From: an uncultured delta proteobacterium
Lineage (GTDB): Bacteria; Desulfobacterota; Binatia; UBA9968
DNA length: 64,000 nt
Direction: 5' to 3'
Assembly: GCA_963816145.1 (NCBI GenBank)
Contig: CAWFJP010000002.1
Coordinates: forward strand, 282,669-346,668
The notes below the pieces were generated by a model. The model worked only from the letters and a program-made list of their open reading frames with translations. It was not told where the DNA came from and searched no databases. The translations under genes were made by a program, and so were the position numbers. Every line of letters begins with the position of its first letter. Within the stretch, counting starts at the first letter, position 1. Shown here one piece after another: positions 1-10,102 of the stretch.

Positions 1-1
1 C

Positions 2-943
2 AAGATCATCGTCGGCTTTACATCGGGCGGCTTTTACGATCGCTGGTCTCGCCTGCTGGCGCGCTACGTTCCGAAATATCTGGCCGGCAATCCGGAGATG
101 ATCGTGCAAAACATGCCTGGCGCCGGCGGAATGATCGCGGCGAATCACATTTACGGCGTCGCCAAGCCCGACGGATTATCCATAGCCATGCTTTCCTACG
201 GTTTGTACCTGGATCAGCTCGTCAGCCGTAAAGAGGTCCAGTACGACGTGCGCAAACTCAACTGGATCGGCTCGCCGGAAAAAAGCGAAGTGCTCATGTA
301 CATGCGCGCCGACGCGCCGTTTAAAACCATCGAGGACATTCGCAACGCAGCCACGCCGCCCAAGTGCGGCTCCACCGGAACCGCGGGAACCGACTATATT
401 CTCGCGCGCCTGCTGGAAGACACGCTCGGCGCCAAGATCGATACTGTGCTCGGCTATCCCGGCGGCAGCGAGATCGATCTCGCCGTCGAAAAGGGCGAAG
501 TGCAGTGCCGCGGCCTTACCGCGGCGCCGTTTTTCGGCCGGGAGCCGTTCATCTCCTGGCGCAAAAAAAACTTTGTCAACGTTCTCATTTACGGCGGAGT
601 AAAGCGGGATGAACGCATCCCCGACACGCCGAGTATTTATGAAATTTTCGACAAAGAAAAAACGCCGGACGAAAACCGGCGCGTCGCCGATGTCATTCTG
701 CGCGGCGGCGACTTCGGCCGCCCTTGGGTAATGCCGCCGGAAACGCCCGCCGAAATCGTAAAGACCATGCGCGCGGCCTATGCAAAGGCGATGGCGGACC
801 CGGCGCTAATCGAGGATGCCAAGAAAGCCAAATTCGAAGTTGAATTCGTTTCAGGTGAAGAACTGCAAAAACTGGCGGAAACTATGATCAATCAGCCGCC
901 TGGAGTAATCAAGCGTGTCAAAAAGCTGCTCGGGCAAAAATAG
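2..943 (+). CDS. Bug/TctC-family tripartite tricarboxylate transporter substrate-binding protein (5' end cut by window edge)
   Basis: Frame is open from nt 2 (KIIVGFTSGGFYDRW...) into listed ORF 98..943. NMPGAGGMIAANH motif and length are typical of Bug-family periplasmic receptors. Confidence 0.8.
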   Translation, partial: KIIVGFTSGGFYDRWSRLLARYVPKYLAGNPEMIVQNMPGAGGMIAANHIYGVAKPDGLSIAMLSYGLYLDQLVSRKEVQYDVRKLNWIGSPEKSEVLMYMRADAPFKTIEDIRNAATPPKCGSTGTAGTDYILARLLEDTLGAKIDTVLGYPGGSEIDLAVEKGEVQCRGLTAAPFFGREPFISWRKKNFVNVLIYGGVKRDERIPDTPSIYEIFDKEKTPDENRRVADVILRGGDFGRPWVMPPETPAEIVKTMRAAYAKAMADPALIEDAKKAKFEVEFVSGEELQKLAETMINQPPGVIKRVKKLLGQK

Positions 944-1014
944 CGGTTAAGCGCATCACTGGGATGGAGAAGCGATTTGCCTACCGGAGGCGTGGATCAG
1001 GACAGGAGAGCGTA

Positions 1015-1992
1015 ATGAAACTCGTTCAGATTTGGCTAGCAGTCTGTTTAGTTCTCGCACTGCCAACAGCTGGCACCGCCCAACAAGGAGTCGACTTTCC
1101 CGTAGCCGCTTCATCCAAAGTGTTAGGTTACGGGCCGCTGTGGGTGGCGTCGGGGATGGGCTTTCTCAAACGCGAAGGCCTCGACTCTGAGGTTTCGGCG
1201 ATGCGCGGCACCGCGCCCGCCATGCAGGCTTTGGTCTCGGATTCCATCCACGTCGCGTTGGCGGCCAACGATGGACCGATCGGGTTGGTGGAGAAAGGAT
1301 TGGACATCGCGATGATCGCCTGCGGCAGCAAGACAACCCACATGATCATGGGCGGAAAAGGATTCAAGACCTATGAGGATTTGCGCGGCGCCACCATCGG
1401 CTCATCGACGCTGACTTCCGGCACGGCATTTCTGCTTAAGCGCGTGTTGAAATCCAAGGGACTCGAATATCCCCGAGACTACAACCTCGTCAACGTCGGC
1501 GGCAGCGGTCCGGCATTTACCGCGCTCGGCACCGGCAACATCGCCGCGGCGATTCTCGCCGTGCCGATCAATTTTCGCGCTCAGGAAATGGGCTTCAATC
1601 TGATCGGCAAGGTCACCGATGTTTTTCCCAATTATCTACTTTCCAGCTTCTCGGTCCGGCGCGGCTGGGCAGAGGCGCATCGCAAAGAGGTCGTTCATTT
1701 CCTTAAGGCGGTGCTGCAGGCGCGCAAGTGGCTCGACGAGAACAGAGAAGCGGGGGCGGAATTTTTAGCCAAAGAATTAGACATAAAACCCAAGCTCGCG
1801 CGTAAGGGCTTGAATTACTACCTCGAGAGTAAAGCCTGGGAACCGGATCTCAGTATCGATATCGATGGGCTCAAAACGGTTGTCGATATTTATGCCGAAC
1901 AGGCGAAGCTCCCCGGCGGCCCGCCCAACCCGGAAAAATATCTGGACATGAGTTACCTGCACGACGCGTGGAAAGAGTTGGGATGGAAGTAA
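1015..1992 (+). CDS. NMT1/THI5-like ABC transporter substrate-binding protein
   Basis: ORF 964..1992. Internal ATG 1015 is preceded by GGAGAG and gives signal peptide MKLVQIWLAVCLVLALPTAGTAQ. Overall resemblance to NitT/TauT-type binding proteins. Confidence 0.7.
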   Translation: MKLVQIWLAVCLVLALPTAGTAQQGVDFPVAASSKVLGYGPLWVASGMGFLKREGLDSEVSAMRGTAPAMQALVSDSIHVALAANDGPIGLVEKGLDIAMIACGSKTTHMIMGGKGFKTYEDLRGATIGSSTLTSGTAFLLKRVLKSKGLEYPRDYNLVNVGGSGPAFTALGTGNIAAAILAVPINFRAQEMGFNLIGKVTDVFPNYLLSSFSVRRGWAEAHRKEVVHFLKAVLQARKWLDENREAGAEFLAKELDIKPKLARKGLNYYLESKAWEPDLSIDIDGLKTVVDIYAEQAKLPGGPPNPEKYLDMSYLHDAWKELGWK

Positions 1993-1996
1993 GCCC

Positions 1997-3727
1997 ATGG
2001 AACTCACCAGGCGCGCGCCCCTTCGATCGGTTCAATTTCCAAAAATTCCATGGGCGTGGATCCCTTTGAGCGCGCTTGTCGGGCTGTTGATCGTAATGCT
2101 CGCCTACCCGCTGGCGCTGCTGTTCATCAAAAGTTTCGCTGTGACACGCCCCGGTGAGCCGACCGTCTGGGCGATGACAGGCTGGGTCGAAGCGTTTACG
2201 GACAGCAAGCTTGCCGTCGCCATCGGCAACACCTTCTACCTGGCGTTTCTTAGGGTCGTCATCACCACTGTGCTGGCAATTTTTTTCGCCTGGGTCGTAA
2301 CCCGCACGGACACGCCACTCAAGGGCTTCATCGAAGTGACGCTCTGGCTCGGCTTTTTTTTGCCGCTTCTCCCGATGACCATGGGTTGGATTCTGCTGCT
2401 GGATCCTTACAACGGACTTGCCAATAAGCTTCTTATGCAATCCTTTGGTCTCGCACGGCCTCCTTTCGATATCTTTTCTTACTGGGGCATTGTCTGGTGT
2501 CACCTGGCCTTCAGCACTTCGGTAAGATTCCTGTTGCTGACGCCCGCGTTCACGGCCATGGACGCGGCTCTAGAAGACGCCGCGCGCACCTCCGGCAGCA
2601 ACAATATGGGCGTGTTGCTACGCATCACCATACCAATTTTAGCGCCCGCCGTGCTCGCCTCCACGGCGTTGGGATTCATCAGGAGCCTCGAATCGTTGGA
2701 AATAGAAATGGTTCTTGGCATTCCCGCGGGCATCTACGTGGTGCCCACCAAAATCTGGGACTACATTCACTGGGAGCCGCCGCTTTACGATCGGGCCACT
2801 GCGCTGTGCAGCGTCTTTCTGCTTTTCGTCTTCTTTCTCATTTGGCTGCACCGGATTTTTCTCCGCGGTAAGGAATTCACTACGGTCAGCGGCCGCAGCT
2901 ACATGGTGCGGATTTTTCCGCTCGGCCGCTGGCGCTGGGTGACCTGCGGGTTCTGCCTTCTCTTTATCTTCGTGATGATCATCTTGCCGCTCGCGATGTT
3001 GATGATGGGCACATTCATGGAGTTCTTCGGCAACTTCACGACGGAGAAAGTATGGACGGTTCATCACTGGACCGCGGTCTTCACCGATCCGGTGTTTTTA
3101 GGTTCATTGAAAAACACCCTGGTCCTTGGATTGGGAGCCGGCATTGTCGGAACGATCCTCTACTCAACGATCAGTTATGTCATCGTGCGCACAAAGCTGC
3201 CGGGCCGCGGTGTCGTCGACATCCTGTCCTGGCTACCTTGGGCTCTGCCGGGAGTACTCATCAGCCTGGCCCTGCTATGGGCTGCGCTCGGATCTGGCGA
3301 TTATGTGAAGCTCGTCTACGGAACCGTTTCTCTTTTGGTGTTGGCGATAATCATCAAAGAGATGCCGCTCGGAACCCAGATCATCAAGGCAAGCGTGCTC
3401 CAGATCAGCCGTGAATTAGAGGAAGCTTCCAGCGCCGCGGGCGCCACACGGTTCACCGGTTTTTGCCGCATCATGCTACCGCTGCTGAGGCCAACGATGC
3501 TCTCGGTGGGGATCATAGTTTTCATCTCCGCCGCGCGTGACATCCCGACGGTGATCTTCCTGTCGACGAGTCAGAGCCGGACACTGTCTTTACTGATGCT
3601 TGACTACATCTCCGATGCCAACCAAGAGAAAGCCGCGGTGCTCGGTGTCTTTTTGGTCTTTCTCATCTTCGCTTTATTATTCGTCAGCTGGCTATTGGGT
3701 TTCCGGCGGAATGCTGTGCGCTCATGA
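1997..3727 (+). CDS. ABC transporter permease, duplicated MetI-like domains (Fe3+/FbpB-like type)
   Basis: 576 aa and very hydrophobic. Two EAA-type loops (LEDAARTSGSN..ITIPILAP and LEEASSAAGATRF..IMLPLLRP). Confidence 0.8.
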   Translation: MELTRRAPLRSVQFPKIPWAWIPLSALVGLLIVMLAYPLALLFIKSFAVTRPGEPTVWAMTGWVEAFTDSKLAVAIGNTFYLAFLRVVITTVLAIFFAWVVTRTDTPLKGFIEVTLWLGFFLPLLPMTMGWILLLDPYNGLANKLLMQSFGLARPPFDIFSYWGIVWCHLAFSTSVRFLLLTPAFTAMDAALEDAARTSGSNNMGVLLRITIPILAPAVLASTALGFIRSLESLEIEMVLGIPAGIYVVPTKIWDYIHWEPPLYDRATALCSVFLLFVFFLIWLHRIFLRGKEFTTVSGRSYMVRIFPLGRWRWVTCGFCLLFIFVMIILPLAMLMMGTFMEFFGNFTTEKVWTVHHWTAVFTDPVFLGSLKNTLVLGLGAGIVGTILYSTISYVIVRTKLPGRGVVDILSWLPWALPGVLISLALLWAALGSGDYVKLVYGTVSLLVLAIIIKEMPLGTQIIKASVLQISRELEEASSAAGATRFTGFCRIMLPLLRPTMLSVGIIVFISAARDIPTVIFLSTSQSRTLSLLMLDYISDANQEKAAVLGVFLVFLIFALLFVSWLLGFRRNAVRS

Positions 3728-3764
3728 CAGGTAAATTTGCGCGGCTAAGTCCAGGGGAGGAGCT

Positions 3765-4880
3765 ATGATACGAACGTTTATTATGGTGATTGCAATTTTG
3801 TTCACGCCGCTGGTCCTCAACGCCCCATCGGCTTGGTCTCAAAGCGAGGGTGCATGGCAACAAAAATGGAACGCAGCGTTGGCACAGGCGAAGACGGAAG
3901 GAAAAGTTGTGGTGCTGGGCCCTCCGGGAGACAGAATCCGAGACGCCATCATGCGGAGCTTCACGAAGGCTTTTCCCGATGTCAACCTGGAATTTTCCGG
4001 CGCGCGCGGTGGTGAACTAGCGACCAGGATCAAGGCGGAACGGGATGCCGGCATTTACAGTGTCGACATCATCATAAGCGGCACCAGCACCGCCGATGCT
4101 TATTTTAAACCGATGAAGGCGCTCGCTCCGATAGAACCGGCGTTGCTCTTGCCCGAAGTGATCGATGCCAAGAACTGGCGCGATCATCGCCTTGAATTTT
4201 CCGATCGCGACACTCGTTTCGATTTCATCTTTGCCACACAGAATAATGTACCGCTGATTTATAATCCGGCACAGGTGAAAGCGGAGGAGGTAGACGAGCT
4301 AGATAAAATCCTGGACCCCAAATGGAAAGGCAAACTTGTCGTTCAGGACCCGATTCCCTCCGGGACAGGAAACGGTGTGTTTCGCTGGCTGTGGCATGTG
4401 CTCGGTCCGGAAAAAACCAAAGATTATTATCGCAAACTCCGCGCCCAGGCCGGCGCCATCGACCGCGATCAAAGACGGCAGATCGAGTGGGTGGCGCAAG
4501 GCAAATATCCCCTGCATCTGGCCCCCGGAACGGTCATGTATCAACTAGAAAAGCGCGGCCTCAAGTTCGGCGTGATACCCTACTTCAAGGATTACGGGGC
4601 TTATCTTACCCCCGGTTTCGGTAGTGTCATGCTGATTGACCGGGCGCCCCACCCGGGCGCGTCAAAAGTTTTTCTCAACTGGCTTCTCAGCAAGGACGGG
4701 CAGACCGCCTTCAGCAAGGGCATGGGATACGTCAGCCGGCGCTTGGATGTACCCAGCGATCACGTGCCCGCCTACTGGGTGCCGAAACCCGGAGTTAAAT
4801 ATTGGGCCGGCTACTATGAGGAAGACGCGAGGATGAATTCCGATCAGGAAACATTTCTTAAGACACTTTTCGGCAGGTAA
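3765..4880 (+). CDS. extracellular solute-binding protein (family 1, Fe3+-type ABC receptor)
   Basis: 371 aa with N-terminal signal peptide MIRTFIMVIAILFTPLVLNAPSAWSQ. Lies directly downstream of the permease. Confidence 0.7.
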   Translation: MIRTFIMVIAILFTPLVLNAPSAWSQSEGAWQQKWNAALAQAKTEGKVVVLGPPGDRIRDAIMRSFTKAFPDVNLEFSGARGGELATRIKAERDAGIYSVDIIISGTSTADAYFKPMKALAPIEPALLLPEVIDAKNWRDHRLEFSDRDTRFDFIFATQNNVPLIYNPAQVKAEEVDELDKILDPKWKGKLVVQDPIPSGTGNGVFRWLWHVLGPEKTKDYYRKLRAQAGAIDRDQRRQIEWVAQGKYPLHLAPGTVMYQLEKRGLKFGVIPYFKDYGAYLTPGFGSVMLIDRAPHPGASKVFLNWLLSKDGQTAFSKGMGYVSRRLDVPSDHVPAYWVPKPGVKYWAGYYEEDARMNSDQETFLKTLFGR

Positions 4881-4897
4881 AAATTTTTTCTCTTTTA

Positions 4898-5164
4898 TGG
4901 TGCAGTCAGCAGGATCGTGCTCGGCTCAGGGAGATGTGCAAAGCTCACCAGGATAGCGAAGAGGTCTACGGAGCGACCAAGACATGGCGGGCGTTAAAAC
5001 AGTCCGGCACGTTGTGCGGCAAGCATCAAGTGGCGCGGCTGCGGCATCAGGCAGGGATCGAGCTGCGGCCCGAGCGCAAATTCAGACTGGCCTGCAAGGC
5101 TTGTAATACGGCGCCTGCCCGTCATTTTCTACGCCGGCCATTCATAGCGGATTATCCCGAGTAA
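4898..5164 (+). pseudogene. IS3-family transposase OrfB N-terminal remnant (no DDE core)
   Basis: Frame of ORF 4934..5164 reads ARLREMCKAHQDSEEVYGATKTWRALKQSGTLCGKHQVARLRHQAGIE...FLRRPFIADYPE. This matches the IS3 OrfB pattern (IH.ES...YG.RRI..EL...G..V.R.RV.RLMR..GL ... PN.L.R.F.A..PN). The ORF stops before any catalytic domain. Confidence 0.6.
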
Positions 5165-5267
5165 ATCAGGATGACCGCTGTCACATTGACCGACTTGGCT
5201 CGCGTGATTCCCGATTCCGCGAATTGCCCCGACACGATAGCGTTTGAGCACGGCGCTCGTTTCTAAC

Positions 5268-6491
5268 TCAGTTCCATAGTTCTTGGGTCGCCAATCGGGC
5301 GCCCTCCGCCAGCGCATAGAGTTTGGCAAAGGCGAGACTGGCATCGGGTAGATGGCGCAGGCCGCAATCGGTGCAGGCGATGACATTTTCTTTGCCGACC
5401 AGTTTGGCGAAGCGGACGATGCGCTCCGCTACCAGTTCCGGATGTTCGATGAACAGGGTGATGTCGTCGATCACGCCAGGAAACAGAATCTTGCCCTCCG
5501 GCAATTTCATCGCTTGCCAAATCTTCCACTCATGGCCATGGCGCGGATTGGCCGATTCGAGGGTAATACCCTCGACATTGGCTTGGAGCACGATATCGAT
5601 GATATCGCTGAGTGCGATGTCGCGGTGGTGCGGCCCTTGGTAGTTGCCCCAGCAGACATGGATGCGCACCTGTTCAGGCGGGATCATCTTGAGGGCATAG
5701 TTCAGACACTCAACATGTTTCTCGATGACTTTGCGAAATTGTTTGACGCTCAGGTGGGCGTAGTCGGTGTTGGCGCCTGAGGCCAGGTCCGGGCAGTCGA
5801 GCTGCAAGACGAATCCAGCATCGACGATCGCTTGGTACTCATGACGCATGACATCGGCGACCGCCTGCATGTAGGTCTCTTCGTTGGGATAGTATTCGTT
5901 GCGAAAAAAGCGCACGAAACAGCCGGGCGAAAGCGCCGACATGAAAACGTCCTGGGGTTGGGTCGTCGCGACTGCCGCGGCCAGCCGCGCAATGTCGGTT
6001 TCCACCGCGGCGAAATCCCCCCAGCCTATGGGACCGGTGCAGACGTAAGCGAAGCCGCCGTTGTCGTGACCGTCGCTCTGGGCGCGCGCCAGGTCGTAAA
6101 ACTCGGCGATGTCGGTGCGGTAGTGGCGCGGCGCGCCGTCGATGTCGCGTCTGACTATCCCAGTATCGCGCGGCCGGACAATCCCTTGGGCAACGCGCCA
6201 TGGTTCGGCGCTCTGGGCGCGCGAGCGCAGTTTTCGCTCTAGGCCGCTGACCCTGTGCACGACATAATCATTCCATGCGGTTTTGCTGAATTCGCCGTCG
6301 CCGACGATGTCGATGCCGACTTCGATTTGGCGCCGGACCACATCGTCGATGGCCGTGGCCAGTGCGGCGTCGATCACGGTCTGATCGTAAGACTCGCCGC
6401 GGCGCTTGGCCGCCAGCGCTTGGCGCACTTGCGCCGGCAGCGGCAGGCTGCCGGTATGGGTGGTGAGAATGCGGTCAGTGCTGCGCTTCAT
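5268..6491 (-). CDS. cobalamin-independent methionine synthase (MetE C-terminal domain)-like methyltransferase family protein
   Basis: ORF 5268..6614; likely start ATG 6491 (MKRSTDRILTTHTGSLPLP). Zn-ligand-like motifs IHVCWGNY..HH and IACTDCGL. Confidence 0.75.
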   Translation of the reverse strand: MKRSTDRILTTHTGSLPLPAQVRQALAAKRRGESYDQTVIDAALATAIDDVVRRQIEVGIDIVGDGEFSKTAWNDYVVHRVSGLERKLRSRAQSAEPWRVAQGIVRPRDTGIVRRDIDGAPRHYRTDIAEFYDLARAQSDGHDNGGFAYVCTGPIGWGDFAAVETDIARLAAAVATTQPQDVFMSALSPGCFVRFFRNEYYPNEETYMQAVADVMRHEYQAIVDAGFVLQLDCPDLASGANTDYAHLSVKQFRKVIEKHVECLNYALKMIPPEQVRIHVCWGNYQGPHHRDIALSDIIDIVLQANVEGITLESANPRHGHEWKIWQAMKLPEGKILFPGVIDDITLFIEHPELVAERIVRFAKLVGKENVIACTDCGLRHLPDASLAFAKLYALAEGARLATQELWN

Positions 6492-6623
6492 CGGAGTGCT
6501 CCTCGGCGTTGTACTTATTACCGACGTAGGAATTTTACAAGCAAAGGGAATCTGGGCGTCTCGCTCACGGGGGCTGCCGCTTTCACCTTCACCTAGAAGA
6601 TCCTGCCGGCACAATCAAATTCC

Positions 6624-6706
6624 GTCATGCCGGTGAAAACCGGCATCCATCTTGGCTTACCCACCAAATTGAAGAAATCCTAGATTTCGGCCGCCGCCGG
6701 AATGAC
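6624..6706. repeat. double-hairpin intergenic repeat, family D (GTCATGCCGG...CCGGAATGAC)
   Basis: Left arm GTCATGCCGGTGAAAACCGGCATCCA is itself a 7-bp hairpin. Right end is TAGATTTCGGCCGCCGCCGGAATGAC. Same family as 53676..53783 and 59781..59847. Confidence 0.7.
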
Positions 6707-6787
6707 AAGATCTGGAGTTGACTTATAACCGGCCGATCCGCCGATGGCATTGTCCTGTTTGGAGCGTTATAAAGTTGTCGAGGAAAT

Positions 6788-7399
6788 TTGTCGTTGAAAG
6801 GTATCGGAAAAGCAAAGCAGCGCTGCGCGGCATGCGGATCCTCGCTGACACTGTGCATGTGTGCGGAATTGCCGTGGTTGGAGTTGCGCACGAAGGTCGC
6901 GCTGGTGATTCATCGTCACGAGCTGCTGCGCAGCAGCAACACCGGCATGCTCGCCGTCAGAGCGCTGGTCAATAGCGAGCTGCGCATTCGCGGCGCAAGC
7001 CGGGCAACGCTCGATTTGACCGACCTGTTATCGCCACACTATCGGTCGTTGCTGTACTATCCCAGTACGGATGCTGTCGAACTCACTCCAGAGCTAGTTG
7101 CGCAAGACCCGCGGCCGATTCAACTGATTGTCCCGGACGGCACCTGGCGCCAAGCGCGCAAGATTCATTCGCGTCAGCGCGAATTAAGAGACGTGCCGCG
7201 GGTGAAGATCAGCACGCCCAACGACTCAACCTTTCAGTTGCGCGCCCAGAGCCGGCCGGAGGGGATGGCGACGCTGCTCGCCATCGCCGCAGCCTTGGGT
7301 ATCATCGAAGGTGAAACGGTGGCGCTGCAGCTGATGCAGCTCTATCAGGCGCGGGTGGCGCGAACGCTCAGCGCCCGCGGCCTTCTAAGACCAAGTTAA
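6788..7399 (+). CDS. DTW domain-containing protein (tRNA-uridine aminocarboxypropyltransferase family)
   Basis: N-terminal Cys cluster CAACGSSLTLCMC and the DTW motif in LIVPDGTWRQARK. Start is TTG 6788 or TTG 6794 (AGGAAA upstream). Confidence 0.75.
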   Translation: MSLKGIGKAKQRCAACGSSLTLCMCAELPWLELRTKVALVIHRHELLRSSNTGMLAVRALVNSELRIRGASRATLDLTDLLSPHYRSLLYYPSTDAVELTPELVAQDPRPIQLIVPDGTWRQARKIHSRQRELRDVPRVKISTPNDSTFQLRAQSRPEGMATLLAIAAALGIIEGETVALQLMQLYQARVARTLSARGLLRPS

Positions 7400-7474
7400 A
7401 GATTAACCAGGCGCCAATACACGGGCGGACATTTTTAGTATTCAGGCTTCCGTGTGAAGCAGGGCTAGGAGATT

Positions 7475-7563
7475 ACACCGCCGAGGCGCGGAGAGCGCAG
7501 AGTAAAGATGGTTTGATTAAATAAAATGCTTCGAACTCTGCGAACTCTGTGCCTCTGTGGTGA
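7475..7563. repeat. palindromic intergenic repeat with tandem-word arms (CGCAGAG/CACAGAG word variant)
   Basis: Left arm CACCGCCGAGGCGCGGAGAGCGCAGAG and right arm CTCTGCGAACTCTGTGCCTCTGTGGTGA are imperfect reverse complements around an AT-rich core. Lies between convergent genes. Confidence 0.6.
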
Positions 7564-7751
7564 ATGTTTTGGACCACATCCGGGGGCCAGTTCTGGCAAT
7601 CACGCATCAAGCGATTCAAAAGTCGGACTTACCTATCTTAAGAATCGAGCAGGGATAGCTCGACATCTTTCTGCGACAATCTGTCAGAGATCTTTCCTCC
7701 GCAAATCTCAACTCATTAGTGGCCGAACTTTTTGAACGCGCTTTTGCGCTA

Positions 7752-8745
7752 TCAATCGCCTTCGTCGTACGGCACCGTTACGAGCTGGTCTTTCGCCGAT
7801 CTCGCGTCCTCGTTCCACATTTCCAGTAGCTTCGCGCTGAATGGTCCGGGTTTGCCGTCACCGATCTTTTGTCCGTCCCATTCAACCACCGGCGCGATTT
7901 TGATCGAGCTTCCGATGAGCATCATCTCTGCTGCGTCGCGACCTTCTTCGACGGGAAGATCAGCGATTCGCACGGCGTTGAGCACGCCTTCGTTGCACGA
8001 GCCGCTGAGCGAAAGCGAGAACTCTCTGAATCGTGATCCCCGATAGGATCGTGTCGAAGGGGGGATGGCGGAACACGCGATCCTTAGTTACGAAGGCTAC
8101 GTTCATGTTGGAGCTTTCCGCCACCATACCACGCTGGTCGATGAAAACGCCGTTGTCGGCGCCGCGGTCTTTGGCCTCCAGGACGACGAGCACATTGGGT
8201 AAATAATTGGTCGACTTGATGCGGGCAAAGAGCGGCGGCTTGATCGGCACCTGGCTGGTGACGAGTTTGATGCCCAGGCGGTAGTAACTCTCCGGGTACG
8301 CTTCCTGCTTAAAGACGATCACGTAGAAGCTGCTGCCGACGCACTCCGCGGGACCGAGGCCGTAGCCGCCGGGACCGGCGGAAAGCCAGTAGCGGACGGA
8401 TCCGTCGCGCTGGCGGCTCGCCGCCGCGGTCGCCAAAATGATCTGGCGCAATTGCTCTCGCGAAAATGGCAACGTAATGCGCGCGCCGTCGGCCGACTTG
8501 ATCAAGCGATCCAAGTGCGGGTCGAGTTGATAGAGCATTCCGTGCGTCAGCGTGGCCGTATCGAAGACGGCGTGGCCGCGGTGCACCATGTGATCGTCGA
8601 GCGGCAGCACCATGAGCGCGGGGTCGGTGACGATGCCGCCGAGAACGCTCGAGTACATCGCGTAGAAATTGTTCGCCTTCGCGTGGACCGCCTGCCGCAA
8701 ACCGGCAATCGCTTCCTCTGAGGTAAAGACAGGGATTGTCGCCAT
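7752..8745 (-). pseudogene. class IV (branched-chain/D-amino-acid) aminotransferase, apparent 1-nt frameshift near 7986..8000
   Basis: ORF 7960..8745 carries the N-terminal and central fold-type IV region. ORF 7752..7985 carries the C-terminal part (VLNAVRIADLPVEE..EMMLIGSS..PVVEWDGQKIGDGKPGP). Reading ..AFAQRLV then shifting one base gives NEGVLNAV. Confidence 0.75.
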
Positions 8746-8840
8746 GGTTTATTTCCGCTTTCGTCTCAAATTCAGCTTGCTCGATACATTGTCTGGTAGG
8801 AAAAGGTCACGACCGTTTCCCGCTGCAACCATCCTTCGAT

Positions 8841-9923
8841 CTAATCTCTAATATCCTGCAAGAACCAACTCGTCGGAATCTCCTGTCCCAAGCCGCGCTT
8901 CTTCGCTTCACGCACGACGTAGCCCGCGGTTGACGCAAACTGCAATCCTTGGGTGCCGCTGTTGGCGAAGAATGTGACTTGGTTCTTGTCGGTGCGGCCT
9001 TGGCGCTGGCCGGAGATCACCTCGGTGAGGACGGGATAATCTCTGGAGAAGATGTCGACTTTGGGGTTGGCGATGCGCTTGATCTCTTCGGCGTTGCCGG
9101 CGACCACCGCGGCTTCGCCGCCGATGCGCAGCTGGCCGACGTCGAGATTCAGTGTCGGGCGGCCCATGCGGATCACGACGTCGGAATTTTGCACGATCTC
9201 GGGGCTCCACTCGTTGGCTTTGACGCAGGTGAGGTGCATGCCGGACTCGATCAGATCGGGATCGCTGACCAGAACTTGGATCGAGTCGGTGCAGGTGGCG
9301 ACGATATCCGAGCCGCGCAGCACTTCTTCCGGCTTGTCGACGGGGATGATTTCCAAACCCAGTTTTTTGCCCATCTCGTCGGCGTAGGTTTCGCGATTCT
9401 TCTTCGTCGGGCTGTAGACTTTGACCTTGGTGATCTTGCGCACTTCGTTAAAGGCCAATAGATAGGTGCGTGCCATGCCGCCAGAACCGAAAATGCCGAC
9501 GGTCTTGGAATCTTCGCGGGAGAGATATTTCACGCCGAGACCGGCGCAGGCGCCGACGCGCATATGTTGGATGATGCCGTCGTTGATGATCGCCAGCGGC
9601 TCGCCATTCTTGGTCGAAAAGACCATGACAAAACCGCAGAACGTGCCGGGCTGGACGCAATACTTTTCCACGGTCTTGCCGTCGGGCCATTCGAGCATGT
9701 CGGACTTCATGCGGATGGCAAACGTCTCGAAGGAGCGCGAGGCGCCTTCCATGGTGCCCCAGCGATACATCAGCTTGGGGTCGTCATTGGGGACGAAAAA
9801 GTCGTAGCGGCCCCGGTAGTTGGCGCGTTCGTTAACCAGGTCGCGGTAGCCGGTGTCGAGGGCTGCGACGCAGCCCTTCATATCGAGGATCTGTTCGACG
9901 ACTTTGTTATTGATCAGCAGCAT
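8841..9923 (-). CDS. ornithine cyclodeaminase/mu-crystallin family protein
   Basis: 360 aa with Rossmann motif VGIFGSGGMARTYLLAF and family-typical N-terminal region. Confidence 0.8.
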   Translation of the reverse strand: MLLINNKVVEQILDMKGCVAALDTGYRDLVNERANYRGRYDFFVPNDDPKLMYRWGTMEGASRSFETFAIRMKSDMLEWPDGKTVEKYCVQPGTFCGFVMVFSTKNGEPLAIINDGIIQHMRVGACAGLGVKYLSREDSKTVGIFGSGGMARTYLLAFNEVRKITKVKVYSPTKKNRETYADEMGKKLGLEIIPVDKPEEVLRGSDIVATCTDSIQVLVSDPDLIESGMHLTCVKANEWSPEIVQNSDVVIRMGRPTLNLDVGQLRIGGEAAVVAGNAEEIKRIANPKVDIFSRDYPVLTEVISGQRQGRTDKNQVTFFANSGTQGLQFASTAGYVVREAKKRGLGQEIPTSWFLQDIRD

Positions 9924-10022
9924 GGAGCCTCCGGTGTCAGGGCACTGACGATTCTATTTCGTACAAGCGCGGCGAATGCAAGCGCAGATATGCCAACGCC
10001 GGCTCTTGCGTCGCAGCGGGAC

Positions 10023-10050
10023 GAGATTTCTCGCTTTGCTCGGAATGACA
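10023..10050. repeat. solo arm of family E repeat (GAGATTTCTCGC..TCGGAATGACA)
   Basis: GAGATTTCTCGCTTTGCTCGGAATGACA matches the arms of the palindrome at 50749..50816. Confidence 0.55.
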
Positions 10051-10102
10051 GCGTCGTTCATAAGGAGCGATGTAGTGAATGTTGCTTGCTCGCGTGCGCA
10101 AG

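Noticed and set aside
364-612. Alternative-frame 82-codon ORF within the TctC gene, and similar short ORFs throughout the track
   Set aside because: They are embedded in well-supported genes and give Arg-rich low-complexity products.
5129-5529. Minus-strand ORFs 5129..5386 and 5263..5529 next to the IS relic
   Set aside because: They overlap the 3' end of the MetE-like gene or non-coding sequence, and have no motif and no SD. They are likely spurious.
6492-6623. Possible cobalamin or SAM riboswitch upstream of the MetE-like gene
   Set aside because: No B12-box-like GCCACTG and no recognisable SAM-I/II core. The leader is short and partly occupied by a family D repeat further upstream.
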